DNA from: Felis catus | Lineage: Eukaryota | Direction of reading: 5' to 3' | DNA length: 64,000 nucleotides | NCBI RefSeq assembly: GCF_018350175.1 | Contig: NC_058383.1 | Location: 29,080,001-29,144,000, forward strand | Shown: positions 49,730 to 62,590 of the stretch, piece after piece | How positions within the stretch are numbered: position 1 is the first letter of the stretch | Layout of the letters: each line of letters begins with the position of its first letter | Notes under the pieces: generated by a model | Told to the model about the DNA's origin: nothing | The model's database searches: none | The model's input: only the letters and a program-made list of their open reading frames with translations | Made by a program: the position numbers and the translations under genes

Positions 49730-52360
49730 AAGCTTTTGTTACAGAAAAATCTCAAGCATAAACAAAAGTAGTAAAAATAATATAAGAAAGTCTTAGCGTG
49801 CTATCACAGAGTGTCAACAGTTAGTGTGTGGACGGTCCTATTTTAATTAATACTCTTTCTCTCCTTCGCCCTTCTGGTCATTTTGAAACAAATCACAGAC
49901 TATTGTTTCAGCCATAGGTCTGTGTAAGCATGTATCTAAAAGATAGGCAGTCACTTAAAAACAGAACTACATTGCTAGTAACAACAAAAAAATTAACAAT
50001 GACTCCCAAATATCAGAGAGCCGGTGTTCAAACTTCCTGCTCACTGATTATTTTATTTTTATTTTTTTAACTTTTAATTTTTTAATTTTTAAATTAAAAA
50101 AATGTTTTATATGTATTTTTGAGAGACAGAGAGATACTGAGCATGAGCAGGGAAGGGGCGTGGAGAGAGGGAGACACAGACATCGAAGCAGGCTCTAGGC
50201 TCTGAGCTGTCAGCACAGAGCCAGAAGTGGGGCTCAAACTCATGAGTTGTGAGATCATGACCTGAGCCGAAGTCAGACACTTAACCGACTGAACCACCCA
50301 AGTGCCCTACAGATTTTTTTTTTAACAATTGTTTTGTTTGAGCTCTAGTTTCCAAATAATTTGTGTATTACATTTGGATGATATGTCTCATCTTCTCTCA
50401 ATTTAGAATCCCCTCTGTGGATTCTCCCCCAACCCCCCGTGTGCTTAAGAAGGTAGGTTGTTAGCTCTGTAGAATTTCCCACATTCTGGTATATTCTTTT
50501 AAGTTTAACACATCCCCTGACTACTGTATTTGAAATGAACTGGTAGTGAGATTTACAAACTTGATCAGATTCAGGACTGAACTCATGGCAAGAATATTTC
50601 ATAGGTGGTGATGTATTTTTCCTATAACATCTCATTGGGTGGCACCAACTGTCTACTTGTCTGTCTTTTTGTGATAAGATTGATCAGGTGGCTTCAGATG
50701 TTGCCATCCTGGTCCATCCAGTGTAAAGTTCCCTATCAGCTTTTTACCTGATGGTTTTACTGACCATTAATGATCAAAGGCTACATTCATTATTTCATTA
50801 AGGATGCAAATGGTAATATTCTAGTTTACTTCATTTCTTATCCCAAATGCTCTTACTAAATTAAAAAATTTCTGGGGTGCCTAGGTGGCTTAGTCCATTA
50901 AGCATCTGACTCTTGATTTCGGCTCAGGTCATGATCTCAGGGTTGTGAGATCGAGCCCCTGCATCGGGCTCCGTGCTGCTCATGGAGCCTGCTTAAGATT
51001 CTCTCTCCCTCTGCCCCTCCCCTGCTCACTCACTCACTCTCTCTCTCTCTCAAAATAAAATAAAAAATTTCTTCTCATCATCTCTTTGGTTACCTAGAGA
51101 TACAGTTCATATAGGAAAAGCAGAATAAATTGTTTAATCTCTCCTCCCCCCAAACACCTTGTAAAAACCAGTTTTCAGGATAATTATTTGGTTTCCTATC
51201 ACCTTCTAACAGTGGGCAATGAGATTTTGTTTTATTTGTTTGAATCATGAGGTTTCTAAAATACATATGTTTTATGTATTTTAGTGCATTACAGTTGCTG
51301 TTTTTTTTCTTAATGTTTATTTAATTTTGAGAGAGAGAAAGAGAAAGTGAGCATGTAAGCAGGGGAGAGGCAGAAAGAGAGGAAGACAGAGAATCCCAAG
51401 CAGGCTTCTCGCTGTCAGCACCAGCCTGATGCGGGGCTCGAACTCAGGAACTGTGATATGACCTGAGCTGAAATCAAAAGTCAGAGGCTTAACCGACTGA
51501 GCCACCCAGGTGCCCCACTGTTGCTGTTCTTTTCGATGCTCTAATTATCTTGTTTCTGAGCACTGGAAACAATTTTGAGTTGTCTCTTGAGTCTTCTGGT
51601 ACAATCCCAGTAGCCTTTAATAGCCTCTTTCACTGCTAGTATTTTTTATCCCAGGCTCTTCTGTGTATTTCCTACCTTATGTTTAGAATCAGCCATTTCT
51701 CCAAGGGGCCTGTTCCTTTTGATGTAAAATGGTATTAAGAAACCGTAATCTGGGTTCTCAGGGTGTTTATTGATATTGGATTCATTGTTGTTTATAGCCG
51801 TTTTGAATTAAAAGGGCTAACAAGGAAGTCTTCCTTCTTTCTTTCCTTTTTCTTTTTAAAATTATTTTATACTGTTATTTCCAATTCCAGTTAGACTCCA
51901 GGACTTCTTTAACTTTTTAAGATTTTGTTTCTTTTTTCTTTTTAAAATTTTATTTAAATCAAAGTTAGTTAACATAGAATGTAATAATGGTTTCAGGAGT
52001 TTTTTGTTTTTTTTTTTTTTTCTTATGTTGACCGTTATGGTTCTCAGTGATATTAAAGTAGTTTTTTTATTTGCTTTATATTACTATATATAATAATTTC
52101 AGAGTAACTATAACAGTACCATTACAAGTAATATAATTACTGAAAATAATTTTTTTGCAGTAATTTTTTCCCCCTAGAGTGTATCTGACTAGAGATGAAC
52201 AAACCACCTTATTTTAAAGTCACTTGAGATAATTCCTTTGTGTGGTTAATCTGCCAACTCAATAAACATTTATGTTTGTTTCATTTCTAACTTTAGGGGT
52301 TGCCTTTTTTCAAATCAGTTTTGCCTTATAAGTATGCAGAACATTTATGTGGTTCCAGAG
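49730..52360 (-). mobile_element. Old L1 (L1MC-like) 3' UTR region interrupted by three CanSINEs (50055-50307 minus, 50874-51067 plus, 51301-51516 minus)
   Basis: Shares motifs with 10230-11720; the SINE bodies are canonical. Confidence 0.65.
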
Positions 52361-53351
52361 TCAGATCTCCTCAGCTCTTCTCCCTGCCTTCCCCGGCTGG
52401 TTTTCTCCCTCCCTCGTGGCGACCAGTTTTGTTAGTTTTTGGTATATTCTTCTATTTTACAAATGTATTAAGCAACTTCATATATAAACCCTCACCTTCT
52501 GCTAGGTAGACGGGAATGGACCGTATGGACTTTTCTCTACCTTCCGTTCTTTATTTAGCCATGTGTCTTGGAGGTCCCTGTTACCCTGCTTTAGGTGAAA
52601 TGAGATTCTTTGCACTGCAGATGGCTTTAGTGTTCTTGAGCCTCCATAACAGAACATCCCACACAGCTAAGTCTGGTGTGTGTTCCTAGTTCATGGGATC
52701 AACCTCATGGTGAAATTCACGAAGACTGTATGTCAGATGGTTTGTGAAAAATGAATCCATGACTTGTGCTCCTTTTGAGAGGCGTCATTCTTCATTTCCC
52801 TTTTCTCACCTTCCCATCTCTTCCTCTGTCCCGTCAGTATGAAGGTGTAAAACTCACCGACACCCTGCCTGCTTTTGGAATATCTTTGGACCTAAGTGAA
52901 AAGCAAGAAAATGTTCATATGTATTTGTTTTTTAAGCAGATTCTTCATTCCAGGCACTGTGCTAGATGCTTTACATCTTTTAAAAAAATCTGTTTAACAA
53001 CTCAGTGAAACCCTTGGTGATATTTTTAATTTATGTATGAGAAAGTTGAGCCTCAGAGAAGCTGAATAATTTAGCTGAAGTGACACACAATTCTTACTTA
53101 CAGTGCATTACGTTGCCTCTTAGGAACATAGCACATCTACACCTGTGAGCCTACATGTTTGTGAGAGATACGGTCTCATTTTAATAAATTATGTTTTTTT
53201 AAGAAAACGAAACAAAACAAAACAAAACAAAAAAACCTGTGTTAAACCCTAAGTCCAAAACCTCCAAATTTCAACCTTACTTCTTTGGGGAGTGGATTTA
53301 GATGTCTAGTCCTACGCATCATCAATGTAAAATTGTTAGCTTAAAAATAAT

Positions 53352-53650
53352 TTTCTTTATTTTTTTTAATTTTTTTTTATTTTGAGAGAGAGAGAGAGAG
53401 AGAGCATGCGATCATAGGCAGGGGAGAGGGAGAGAGAGAGAATCCCAGCAGCTCCATACTGTGTGTGGCTCAAACTCACAAACTGAAATCATGACCTGAG
53501 CTGAAATCAAGAGCCAGTCGCTTGGGTCGCCCGGGTGGCTCAGTTGGTTAAACCTCTAACTTCAGCTCAGATCATGATCTCACGGTTCATGGGTTTGAGC
53601 CCCTCGTCAGGCTCTGTGCTGACAGCTTGGAGCCTGGAGCCTGCTTTGGA

Positions 53651-53706
<56 letters not shown>

Positions 53707-53809
53707 CTCTGCCCCTGCCCAACTTGCACACATGTGCACAAGTACACACTCTGTCTTTCTCTCTCAAGAAAGGTCAGACGCTTAATGGACTGAACCACCC
53801 ACATGCCCC
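53352..53809 (-). mobile_element. Antisense CanSINE split by a nested sense CanSINE (53524 to about 53770)
   Basis: The outer element breaks at ...agccagtcgctt and resumes after ...ggtcagacgctt; the inner copy carries (TG)n at about 53654-53698. Confidence 0.9.
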
Positions 53810-54642
53810 AGTTTTTAAAAAATTTTAAAAGAAACAGGAATGACCCTGGGATGTACAAGCCAATAAATATCAAAAATCCTGAAGTGTCATCCCCTGGTAT
53901 GTTTAACACTTAGTAGAATCCAGTCTTGGGCTTCGATGGGTTGAGGGGTTGATTTTAAGTAGAGGAACTACAGCGAGGCTGGAGGAACATGACTTGGCGG
54001 TGAGAAAGGAGGACACGCATGGTGTGTTCAGCCTGGGACAGCCACTGGAGGGAAGAGCAGGAGGAACCATGGTTAAGATCCTGAGGTGCCTATGAGAACA
54101 GCAGTGATTTCTCTGTCCTCACCCAGGGCTGAGGAAGAACCTGGGGGAGACTCAGGTGGCATTATTAGTGTGTGTCCTGCTTGCCTCCTAAGAAAACTCA
54201 GAGAGGGGACATGCCTTGTTCCAGATCCTGGAGCTGGCGCTGCCATAGACGGAGCTCTTTCTGCTGCCTTCCCCTCCTCTCTGCTGATTTTGGCCAGGCC
54301 TAATTGTCTTCTGCGGGCTGTGCTACTTTCAGACTGCAAAGCTGGTGGAGACCTTTAACATCTGTTCTGAATGATTTTTTTGTAATAACTGAGGAAAAAT
54401 GACCACGGCCCTCCACTCAGCCTTCCCGCTTCTTCCTTTTCACATCTGAGCAGTTGGAAGAAAGGATCAGTCTGGTCTCAAGGGGGTATTTTAAGATATT
54501 GGAATTAAACACGGAGCATAAAACTAGAGTCTGGTTAATATAAAATACAAAGTTTTAAAGTACGTAGTTACTAATAAAATGGAATGATTAACCATGCAAA
54601 TTGAGTTTACCACAGAATGTCCCTAAGACATAAAACCTAGGA

Positions 54643-54820
54643 GGGGCGACTGGGTGGCTCATTCAGTTAAGAGTCCAACTCAGTTTCGGCTCAGGTCATG
54701 ATCTCACCATTCGTGAGTTTGAGCCCCGTGTCGGGCTGTCTGCTGAAAGTGCAGAGCCTGCTTGGGATTTTCTCTCCCTCTCTGCCCTTCCCCCACTCAA
54801 AATAAATAAGTAAACTTAAA
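54643..54820 (+). mobile_element. CanSINE
   Basis: TSD aagacataaaacct on both sides. Confidence 0.92.
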
Positions 54821-55039
54821 AAGACATAAAACCTGAGAGATTTTAAAACAGGATGTGGGAGCAACTCTTAAGAAATATCCCTTGTCCCATCCACTGGCCA
54901 GCATTAGGGAGAAAGGAACTGATTTAGCTCATCTCTCCCCTTCAGCTTCTCTTGGGCCGGTAGATCAGGACACCACTGCTTTCTCTCGGAGGAGATACAT
55001 CCGTAGGATTCCTGAGAATCATATAAAAAGAGGCACAAG

Positions 55040-55440
55040 GAGATTGGATAAACAGAATGTGGTTGATGCATACAGTGGAATATTAGTCAGCTTCATAGAG
55101 GAGGGGGAGTCTGACATGTGCCGCAGCATGGATGAACCTTGAAGACCTAGCGTTCAGTGCAGGAAGTCCATCTCGCAAAGACACATACTGTACGATTCCC
55201 CTCCGACGAGATACCTGGAGTTGTCGCGTTCATGGGCGTAAGGTGGAATAGTGGCCACCATGGTGGGGGCGCGGGGGTCAGAAGGAGTGAGTAGCTGGGC
55301 GTTAGCGGGTGTAGAATTTCTGTTATGCAAGATGGAAACAGTGTTAAGAGGTCAGTTGTGCGGCATTGCGGGCATACCTAACGGTACCGGCCTGCACATT
55401 TCAAACGATTGAGGTGGTAAATTTTGTTATGTGTATTTTA
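55040..55440 (+). mobile_element. L1 3' end fragment (L1MB-like), sense
   Basis: ggataaacagaatgtgg...catacagtggaatatta...catggatgaaccttgaagac...ggtaaattttgttatgtgtatttta. Confidence 0.8.
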
Positions 55441-55715
55441 TTTATTTTATTTTATTTTATTTTATTTTATTTTATTTTATTTTATTTTATTTTATTTTAT
55501 TTTATTATTTTTTAATGTTTTATTTATTTTTGAGACAGAGAGACAGAGCATGAGCAGGGGAGGGGCAGAGAGAGAGGGAGACACAGAATCCGAAGCAGGC
55601 TCCAGGCTCTGAGCTGTCAGCACAGAACCTGACGCGGGGCTCGAACACACGGACTGTGAGGTCGTGACTTGAGCCGAAGTCGGATGCTTAACCGACTGAG
55701 CCACCCAGGTGCCCC
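55441..55715 (-). mobile_element. CanSINE with tail converted to (TTTTA)n; 16-bp TSD
   Basis: TSD tgttatgtgtatttta at 55425-55440 and 55717-55732. Confidence 0.95.
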
Positions 55716-56380
55716 ATGTTATGTGTATTTTAGAGCCTTTCTTTCTCGCGGTACCTGGGGAAGGGAGGGCGCTGATGATAGACCTAGAATACTTTAAAGA
55801 TTTGAATAGAAAATTATGAATTTGATAGAAAAAGAGGGGATGAAGTCGTCTTTTTCAGTTACTGCTCATCTGTTTTATACTTTATTTAAATGTGTTTGTA
55901 GATGAAAAATTGTTAAGATAAGACGAGAAGTTGTTGAATTTGGTTGGAATACGCTGCTGAGATCTGGCCTTTCTTTTCTTGTCTGTTGTATGGGCTGTCG
56001 TGTGGCTGGCACCCACATGGGTTGATTTGTAGATGAAGGTCTCCCGTAACAGATCTAGAGTACGAAGCGTCAACGCTGCAAAAACTGACAAAAGCAAAAA
56101 ATGGAAAAGGCTTCTTTTCCTTCACAGTTGAAAGCAGAATGTCCTGTCAAGATTTTATGTTAAAGAACACGGAAGCTCAGTTGAATAGCATCTTGCGCTC
56201 ACATGACTTCTGATGATTGGAAACGTGTTCATGTCTCATAATGGCTGTGCTGTTTGAGAATTGGTGTTTTCTTTCCATATGCTTGGTGTTATTTATTTGA
56301 TCAACCATAATTAAAAGTAATTACCTGTGTTTCTAATAATGTGTTACATTCCTCATACTTATCTTCATGTAAGAGTATAA

Positions 56381-56584
56381 TTTTTTTTACATTTAAGTTT
56401 ATTTTGAGAGAAAGAGAGAGAGACCATGAGTGGGGGGGAGGCAGAGAGAGAGGGGGAGAGAGAATCCCAAGCAGGCTCCCCACTGTCAGCAAAATGCAAG
56501 GCTCTAACTCCCCAACCCTGAGATCATGACCTGAACCGAAACCAAGAGTCGGATGCTTCATCAACTGAGCCATCCAGGTGCCCC
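56381..56584 (-). mobile_element. CanSINE
   Basis: Canonical; tataatttttttt flanks. Confidence 0.9.
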
Positions 56585-56872
56585 GATTATAATTTTTTTT
56601 TAATGGTGCTAACAATTGAAATTGCCCTCGGCAGGCTTAGATAGGGCAGGGAAGTACTTGTTTTTATATGTCTGTTAAGTAAAGAAAAACACATTTCCTG
56701 TTTCATTTCCGCAGATCAGTGCAGTTAGGATTATTTCTGTATTTCTTGTAGTACTTATAGCTGAAATAAAATATGAAATGTGAAAATTGTGTAAATGAAT
56801 TTCAAAGTATAGACATTTTTCACGTTTTTCTGGCAGTTCTTTTTTTGACACTGTATGCTTTTAAAAAATTCT

Positions 56873-57090
56873 GGGGGCGCCGGGGTGGCTCAGTCGGTTG
56901 AGCGACTGACTTCGGCTCGGGTCTTGATCTCACAGTTCGTGAGTTCGGATCCCGCATCGGGCTCTGTGCTGACGGCTCAGAGCCCAGAGCCCGCTTCGGA
57001 TTCTGTGTCTCCCTCTCTCTCGCTGCCCCTCCCCCGCTCACACTCTGTCTCTCTCTGCCTCTCAAAAATAAAGAAAACTAATAAAAAAAT
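56873..57090 (+). mobile_element. CanSINE
   Basis: Canonical; aattctg flanks. Confidence 0.92.
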
Positions 57091-58404
57091 TTTTTTTCAA
57101 TTCTGCTAGTCCATCCTAAGTCAGCAGAAGCAACAGGAGGTTTGTGTTCATTTGGCGAAGGTCAGCTGTGAGGCCCAGCTATGGCTGCTGTGGCCCAGCA
57201 CCACGTTGGTCTTTGTGCTCGTAGGCGCTTCTGGGTGTAAATGCCGTCCACAGATTTGAGGGGCTCCGCTTTGTCCGTTCAAGGATCCCCGAAGCACAGA
57301 TTCCGTTTCGCTCAGTCGCGCTGCTGGTAGTGCAGACGGCACGTGGATGCTTGCCAGATGGGAGCGTTCACAGCCTCCCTTTTGTGCCCCTTTTCCCAAA
57401 TGCAAAAGAACTAAAATTTGCTGTATATTTTCGTATCTTCAGTCCCAAAGTAGAACTAATCGTAGAGTCTAAGTGATGGCTAAATGGATGTTTACTGTGC
57501 GTTTCTTGAAACTTTTCTGTGCATGTGAAGTTTTCATACTGCTGGGGAAAAAAACGGGAACCGTGTCTTGTGGAAGCCTCGTGTACATTTCCAACAGGGT
57601 AGGGCGTTTGAGGAGGTTCTTGACGATCTGCAGGTTCCACGCACCCATGAGTCGACAGGTGGCAGTTGGCCGATGGCTTCACGCCCACTGGGGAGGCTGC
57701 TGGACACCTGCTCTCCTCCCCCCTGCGGCCCATACGACCTGCGCAGGCTGCTTGCGACTCCCTTCCGCTCCCCCTTCTCTCTGTCTCTGTCTCTCCTCCT
57801 TTCCTGATGGGTTGCGAGGGTTTGGACCCCGGCTCTGAAGACTCACATCAGCATCATCTCCAAAAACATGCCCACCCATGGCCACCACACGACAGGGAGG
57901 GGACAGCGAAGGGACAGCAAAGGCACCGTCGTCCAGGTGTCTGCCACGTGCCAGGCACTATAGCTTGGGCTCTTGTATTTCTTTTTCTTCCTGCGTCCTC
58001 ATCATAGCCTATTCCTTAACTGAAGAGACTGAGACTCACCAAAGTACGGGAATTTGTCCGGACTCCCAAAACCAGTAAATGACGGAACCCGGATCCAGGC
58101 CCTCATCGCTCTCATCCCAGATCCCATTTGTGCTCTTTCCAGAGTGTCTGCCCCCTCCTCATACACCCTTTTGTGATCCTTCTCTGCTCCCAGAAATGCC
58201 TTCTGAGATGCCGTCCAGGCCACCTGGGATCCTCGGGAATTCTCCGCCTTGGGGAAAAGCTACTGTTTATTTATACTGCGTTCCAGGACCTAACGTATGC
58301 CTGGTGGTCACTCAAAGAAAGGTTTAAGTAACTGAATGAACAAGAGAATTCATAACACCCTGGGAACATACCTTCTTACCTAGCGTCCTGAAGACTACTT
58401 TTTC

Positions 58405-58612
58405 CCTTTTTTCTTTTTTTGAGGGAGAACATGCATGCCTGTATATGCAGGGGTGGGAGGGGGAGGGGCAGTCGGAGAGGGAAAGCGAGTCTTGAGCACA
58501 CTCCTTGCCCGGCACGGAGCCCAATGAGGGGCTCGATCTCACCACCATGAATCACGATCTGGGCCAAAATCAAGAATTGGCCGCTTACCTGACTGAGCCA
58601 CCCAGACGCCCC
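58405..58612 (-). mobile_element. CanSINE (older)
   Basis: Antisense body ending cccagacgcccc. Confidence 0.85.
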
Positions 58613-59329
58613 TGCTTTTTCCTTTTTGAAAAATATAGATCATACTAGGAATGCTTTCTTTGCTAAAAACAAGGCTGAAAGGAATGACATTCTTTTATAA
58701 TTATACCATAATCCACTTTATTTTATCATCTTGTTGTTTAGACTGAAAGAGCTGTATGAAGGTGGGTGTAGATTGACTGGATCCTTGGAATATCAGCTCT
58801 GCAGAAGATTGTTCACGTGTGCCTTATCATAATGTTTTAAGGGAACATAAAAGGCAGTTAATCTCATGCTACAGAAATCAGTGTTCAGGCCACCATTTTC
58901 TGAGTATCTCATCAGTTGTCCTCGATTTGGTAAAAGAATCAGGGAATTCTTGGGAACGACCATGAGGTCGTCATCTTAGATGAATGGTTGTAAATTCTTG
59001 GAAGGGATTTGATTCTAGCGTGCTGCAGTCACAAATTACTCCAGAAGGGTCTTCAAAAACCGAACCAGGATGCAAGAAGCGTGTGGTTTCCTGATGTCAG
59101 AACAACTTCCGGGAGGTCCTCTGTTCCGAAGGAGCAGAAATGATGTTGTCTTGTCCTGGTAAAGCCATTATACCCTGATGATTCATCAAGTCAGATCGGT
59201 AGTGCTAATGAAGTCATCGCAGCATTAATTTGATTAAATATGTGATGTGAATGTCCGTTCAGAATGGCGGAATTGATGGCTGTAGTGAAACTACTAGACT
59301 TTAGAGTGGCATTTTCCATGTGGTCAGTA

Positions 59330-59371
<42 letters not shown>

Positions 59372-59609
59372 ACTATCTTTCGTCGCCAGTGTCTCCCTCT
59401 CCGTTAGTTGAGACCATTTTGGCTGCAGTAAGCGTGAGTGCCCATCCAGGGAGGAGGAGTTGGATCCTTCATGAATATGATATCCCACCTACCTACTTTC
59501 TTCTTCATCATTTGTGGAACAGTTTTCTTCCAAATTTGAGCCTGATGCTCACTTGACATGGGTTTTTTTTCCTTCTCAGGTTGGATTTGGTGGGTTTCTA
59601 AGAAAAACT

Positions 59610-59790
59610 GGGGCACTGGGGTGGCTCTTTCAGTTAAGCGTCCAACTCTTGGTTTCTGCTCAGGTATGATTTCTTGATTTGTGAACTCGAGCCCCACATC
59701 CACACAGAGCCTGCTTGGGATTCTCTCTTTCCCTCTCTCTCTTCCCCTCCCCTGCTCTCTCTCAAGATAAATAAACTTTAAAAAAGTCAA
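59610..59790 (+). mobile_element. CanSINE (degenerate)
   Basis: Head, CT tract and A tail. Confidence 0.85.
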
Positions 59791-60859
59791 GAGAAAAAAA
59801 CACCAGTTTCCAAGGAGATGGGATGTCTTAAAAAATATATAGGATTAAAATCCTGATGCTTTGAATTTCATTGTTGTTTGGGTAATTGGTTTTAATTTTT
59901 TTCTTAAGAGTCGTTTCTACTTGCAAATGCTCATAAGTATGCAATCCTGTGTTACCACACTAATTCTGACGGATGGAAGTGTAGACTGAAGACTAGTCTA
60001 CATTGTAGGACATTTGCAAAGAAATGAGATAGATTCTTTGAAGGACTCGGTCGCACCTGTAACTGTGTGAGCAAAAGTTTTACTTGATCACGCTGTACGC
60101 TTGTGGAGCCGGAAGATGCTTGAAGGTGATCTCGTCCGCTCTCCCTGGAGTTAGAGAGCAGAACTGGAGGCTCTGAAAAGCGGTGTCTTATTCGAAGTCT
60201 CAAAGGCAGTGGGTGTAGGAGAGCTGAGCATGCCCGTTTAACATGGACAAGTAAGGACCTACTACTGGTATGAAGGTTTTTCACGACGCCAAGTGCATCT
60301 TTGGGAAGTCCTTGGCTTTTTTCTCTTTCCGAATGTTTTCAGCGAAATACACGAACATTGTTTTTTAAAGCCAAGTAATAGAAAAATTTTATAATTAAAA
60401 GCAGCTGTCCCTGATGCCCTCCTCCTTTCCCTGAGGGCCAACCACTCTCCACTCTTTTCTTTTGATACTTACTTTTTTCAAGTAATGCAATTATTGCTGT
60501 GTCTTAGTTTTTCTGTTTATCCCTTGACTTAGAAAAATGGTAGGCTTGTCCAGTCATTTTTATGGTCCTAATAGTATGTGGAAAGACTGCCCGTAGTGGT
60601 TAAAGTTTTCCCGCCTCCCTGCATTGTCTGTTTCCTCAGAGTTGATTCTCTCTTTATGCTGGTCTGCTCTGGGTTTTGACTCTTGTGTTGAAGATTTTCT
60701 TCAAATATCTGACTCCTTTGGTTTCTTTAAGAATAAACTGAAAAGAGATAAGAAGCTGTGGGTGTGGAGGCTAATGTCATTGGTGTCTTTTCTCTGTGGA
60801 GCATGAGGTGAGAAGCTGGCTTTGCAATCACATGTGTTTTCCCCGAGGCTTCCGATTTT

Positions 60860-62590
60860 CTTTACGGCTTGTGCTTTTTGTGATCTACTTAAGCAACCCT
60901 CGCCCAAACCAGAGTCAGGAAGCCTTTCTTTTTTTTTTTTCTGTAAATTTTTACAGTTTTTGGCTTTATGTTTAGGTACGCGATCAATTTCGAGTTGATT
61001 TTTCTGTGTGGTGTAAGACACGGGCACAAGTTCGTTTTTTGCACATAGGTGTCCATTTGTCTTGGCAACACTGCCCTATGTTGAATTACTTTGACTTCTT
61101 TGTCAAAAGGTGTCTACATGTCTATCCTTTTACCAGCACCACACTGTCTGGATTACGACAGGTTTACAGGGAGTCTTAAAATCAGATAGTAAATCCTTCA
61201 TCCTTGTTCTTCACTTTTCCATATAAAGTTTAGGGTCATTTTGTTGACTTCTCCTAAAAGCCTGCTAGGTGGGGTGCCTGGGTGGCTCGTTTAGTTGAGC
61301 ATCCCAACTCTTGACTTCGGCTCGGGTCACGATCTCATAGTTGGTGAGTTCGAGCTCCACGTCGGGCTCTGCACTGGGCACTGTGGAGCCTGCTTGGGAT
61401 GCTCTCTCTCCCTCTCTCTGTCTCTCCCCCACTTGCGTGCACGCATGCTCGCTCTCTCGCTCTCTCTCTCCCTCTCTCAAAAAATAAACTTAAAAAAAGC
61501 CTGCTAGAACTCTGATTGGGGTTATGTTGCATCTATAGATCATTTTAGAGAGAATTCACATCTTAACTGTATTGAGCCTTCCAACTCATGAACGTGGTAT
61601 ATCTTTTCACCTGTTGAGGTTTTCTTTGATTTTTCTCATCAGTTTATTATAGTTTTCACCATACAGATTTTAAATATGCTTTATTACAGTTGTCCCTAAG
61701 TATTTTGCTTTTTGATGCTATTGTAAGTCATGTATTTTCAAGTTCTGATTCCATTCATTCATTTATAATATAAAGAAATACAGTTGATTTGTATACCTTG
61801 ACCATGTATTGTTGAACCTCACTAAATTCACTTATTAGTTCTAATAACTTTTTTTTTAGTTCTAATAACTTTTTATAGAGTATTTGATATTTTCTGTTTA
61901 GACAACCATGTCTGTAAGTAAAGGCAACTGTATTTTTCCCTGCCCAATGGGCCATATACATTTTTCTTTAAAAATTTTTTTTTAAATGTTTTTATTTATT
62001 TTTGAAGGAGAGACAGAGCGTGAGCAGGGGAGGAGCAGAGAGAGAGAGAGAGGGAGACATAGAATTTGAAGCAGGCTCCAGGCTCTAAGCTGTCAGCATA
62101 GAGCCTGATGCGGGGCTCAAACTCACGAACTGTGAGATCATGACCTGAGCTGAAGTCAGACACTTAATCGACTGAGCCACCCAGGCGCCCCTAAATTTTT
62201 CTTTTTTTTAAAAAAAATTTTAACGTTTTGTTTTAGTTTTTGGAGAGACAGAACAGAGCATGAGCAGGGAAGGGGCAGAGAGAGAGGGAGACACAGAATC
62301 TGAGGCAGGCTCCAGGCTCAACGCTGTCAGCACAGAGACCGACACAGGGCTCGAACTCACCAACTGCAAGATCATGACTTGAGCCAGAGTTAGACACTCA
62401 ACTGACTGAGCCACCCAGGTGCCCCATATATAAATTTTACCTCTTTCTCTTGTCTTATTGCACTGGCTAGGGCCTCTAGCACACTGTTAAGTAGAAATAG
62501 TGACAGCCAGCCTTGACGTCTTATCCCTGATCTTAGGACAAAAGCATTCAACATTGTGGCATTAGCTCTAAGGATTCAGGTATTTTTAGA
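60860..62590 (-). mobile_element. Old L1 ORF2 fragments interrupted by CanSINEs (61271-61495 plus, 61965-62191 minus, 62195-62425 minus)
   Basis: Decayed ORF2 peptides LTPHRKINSKLIAYLNIKPKTVK and KKLLELISEFSEV...KSTVFLY; SINE TSD aaaagcctgctag at about 61256 and 61496. Confidence 0.85.

Noticed and set aside
59980..60002. Small inverted repeat tgtagact-gaagact-agtctaca
   Set aside because: An 8-bp stem is expected by chance in 64 kb and has no supporting context.
1204..62414. Recurrent ORFs such as MAQSVK...SAQVMIS and RERERE peptides
   Set aside because: These are translations of CanSINE bodies and CT/GA tracts, not a gene family.
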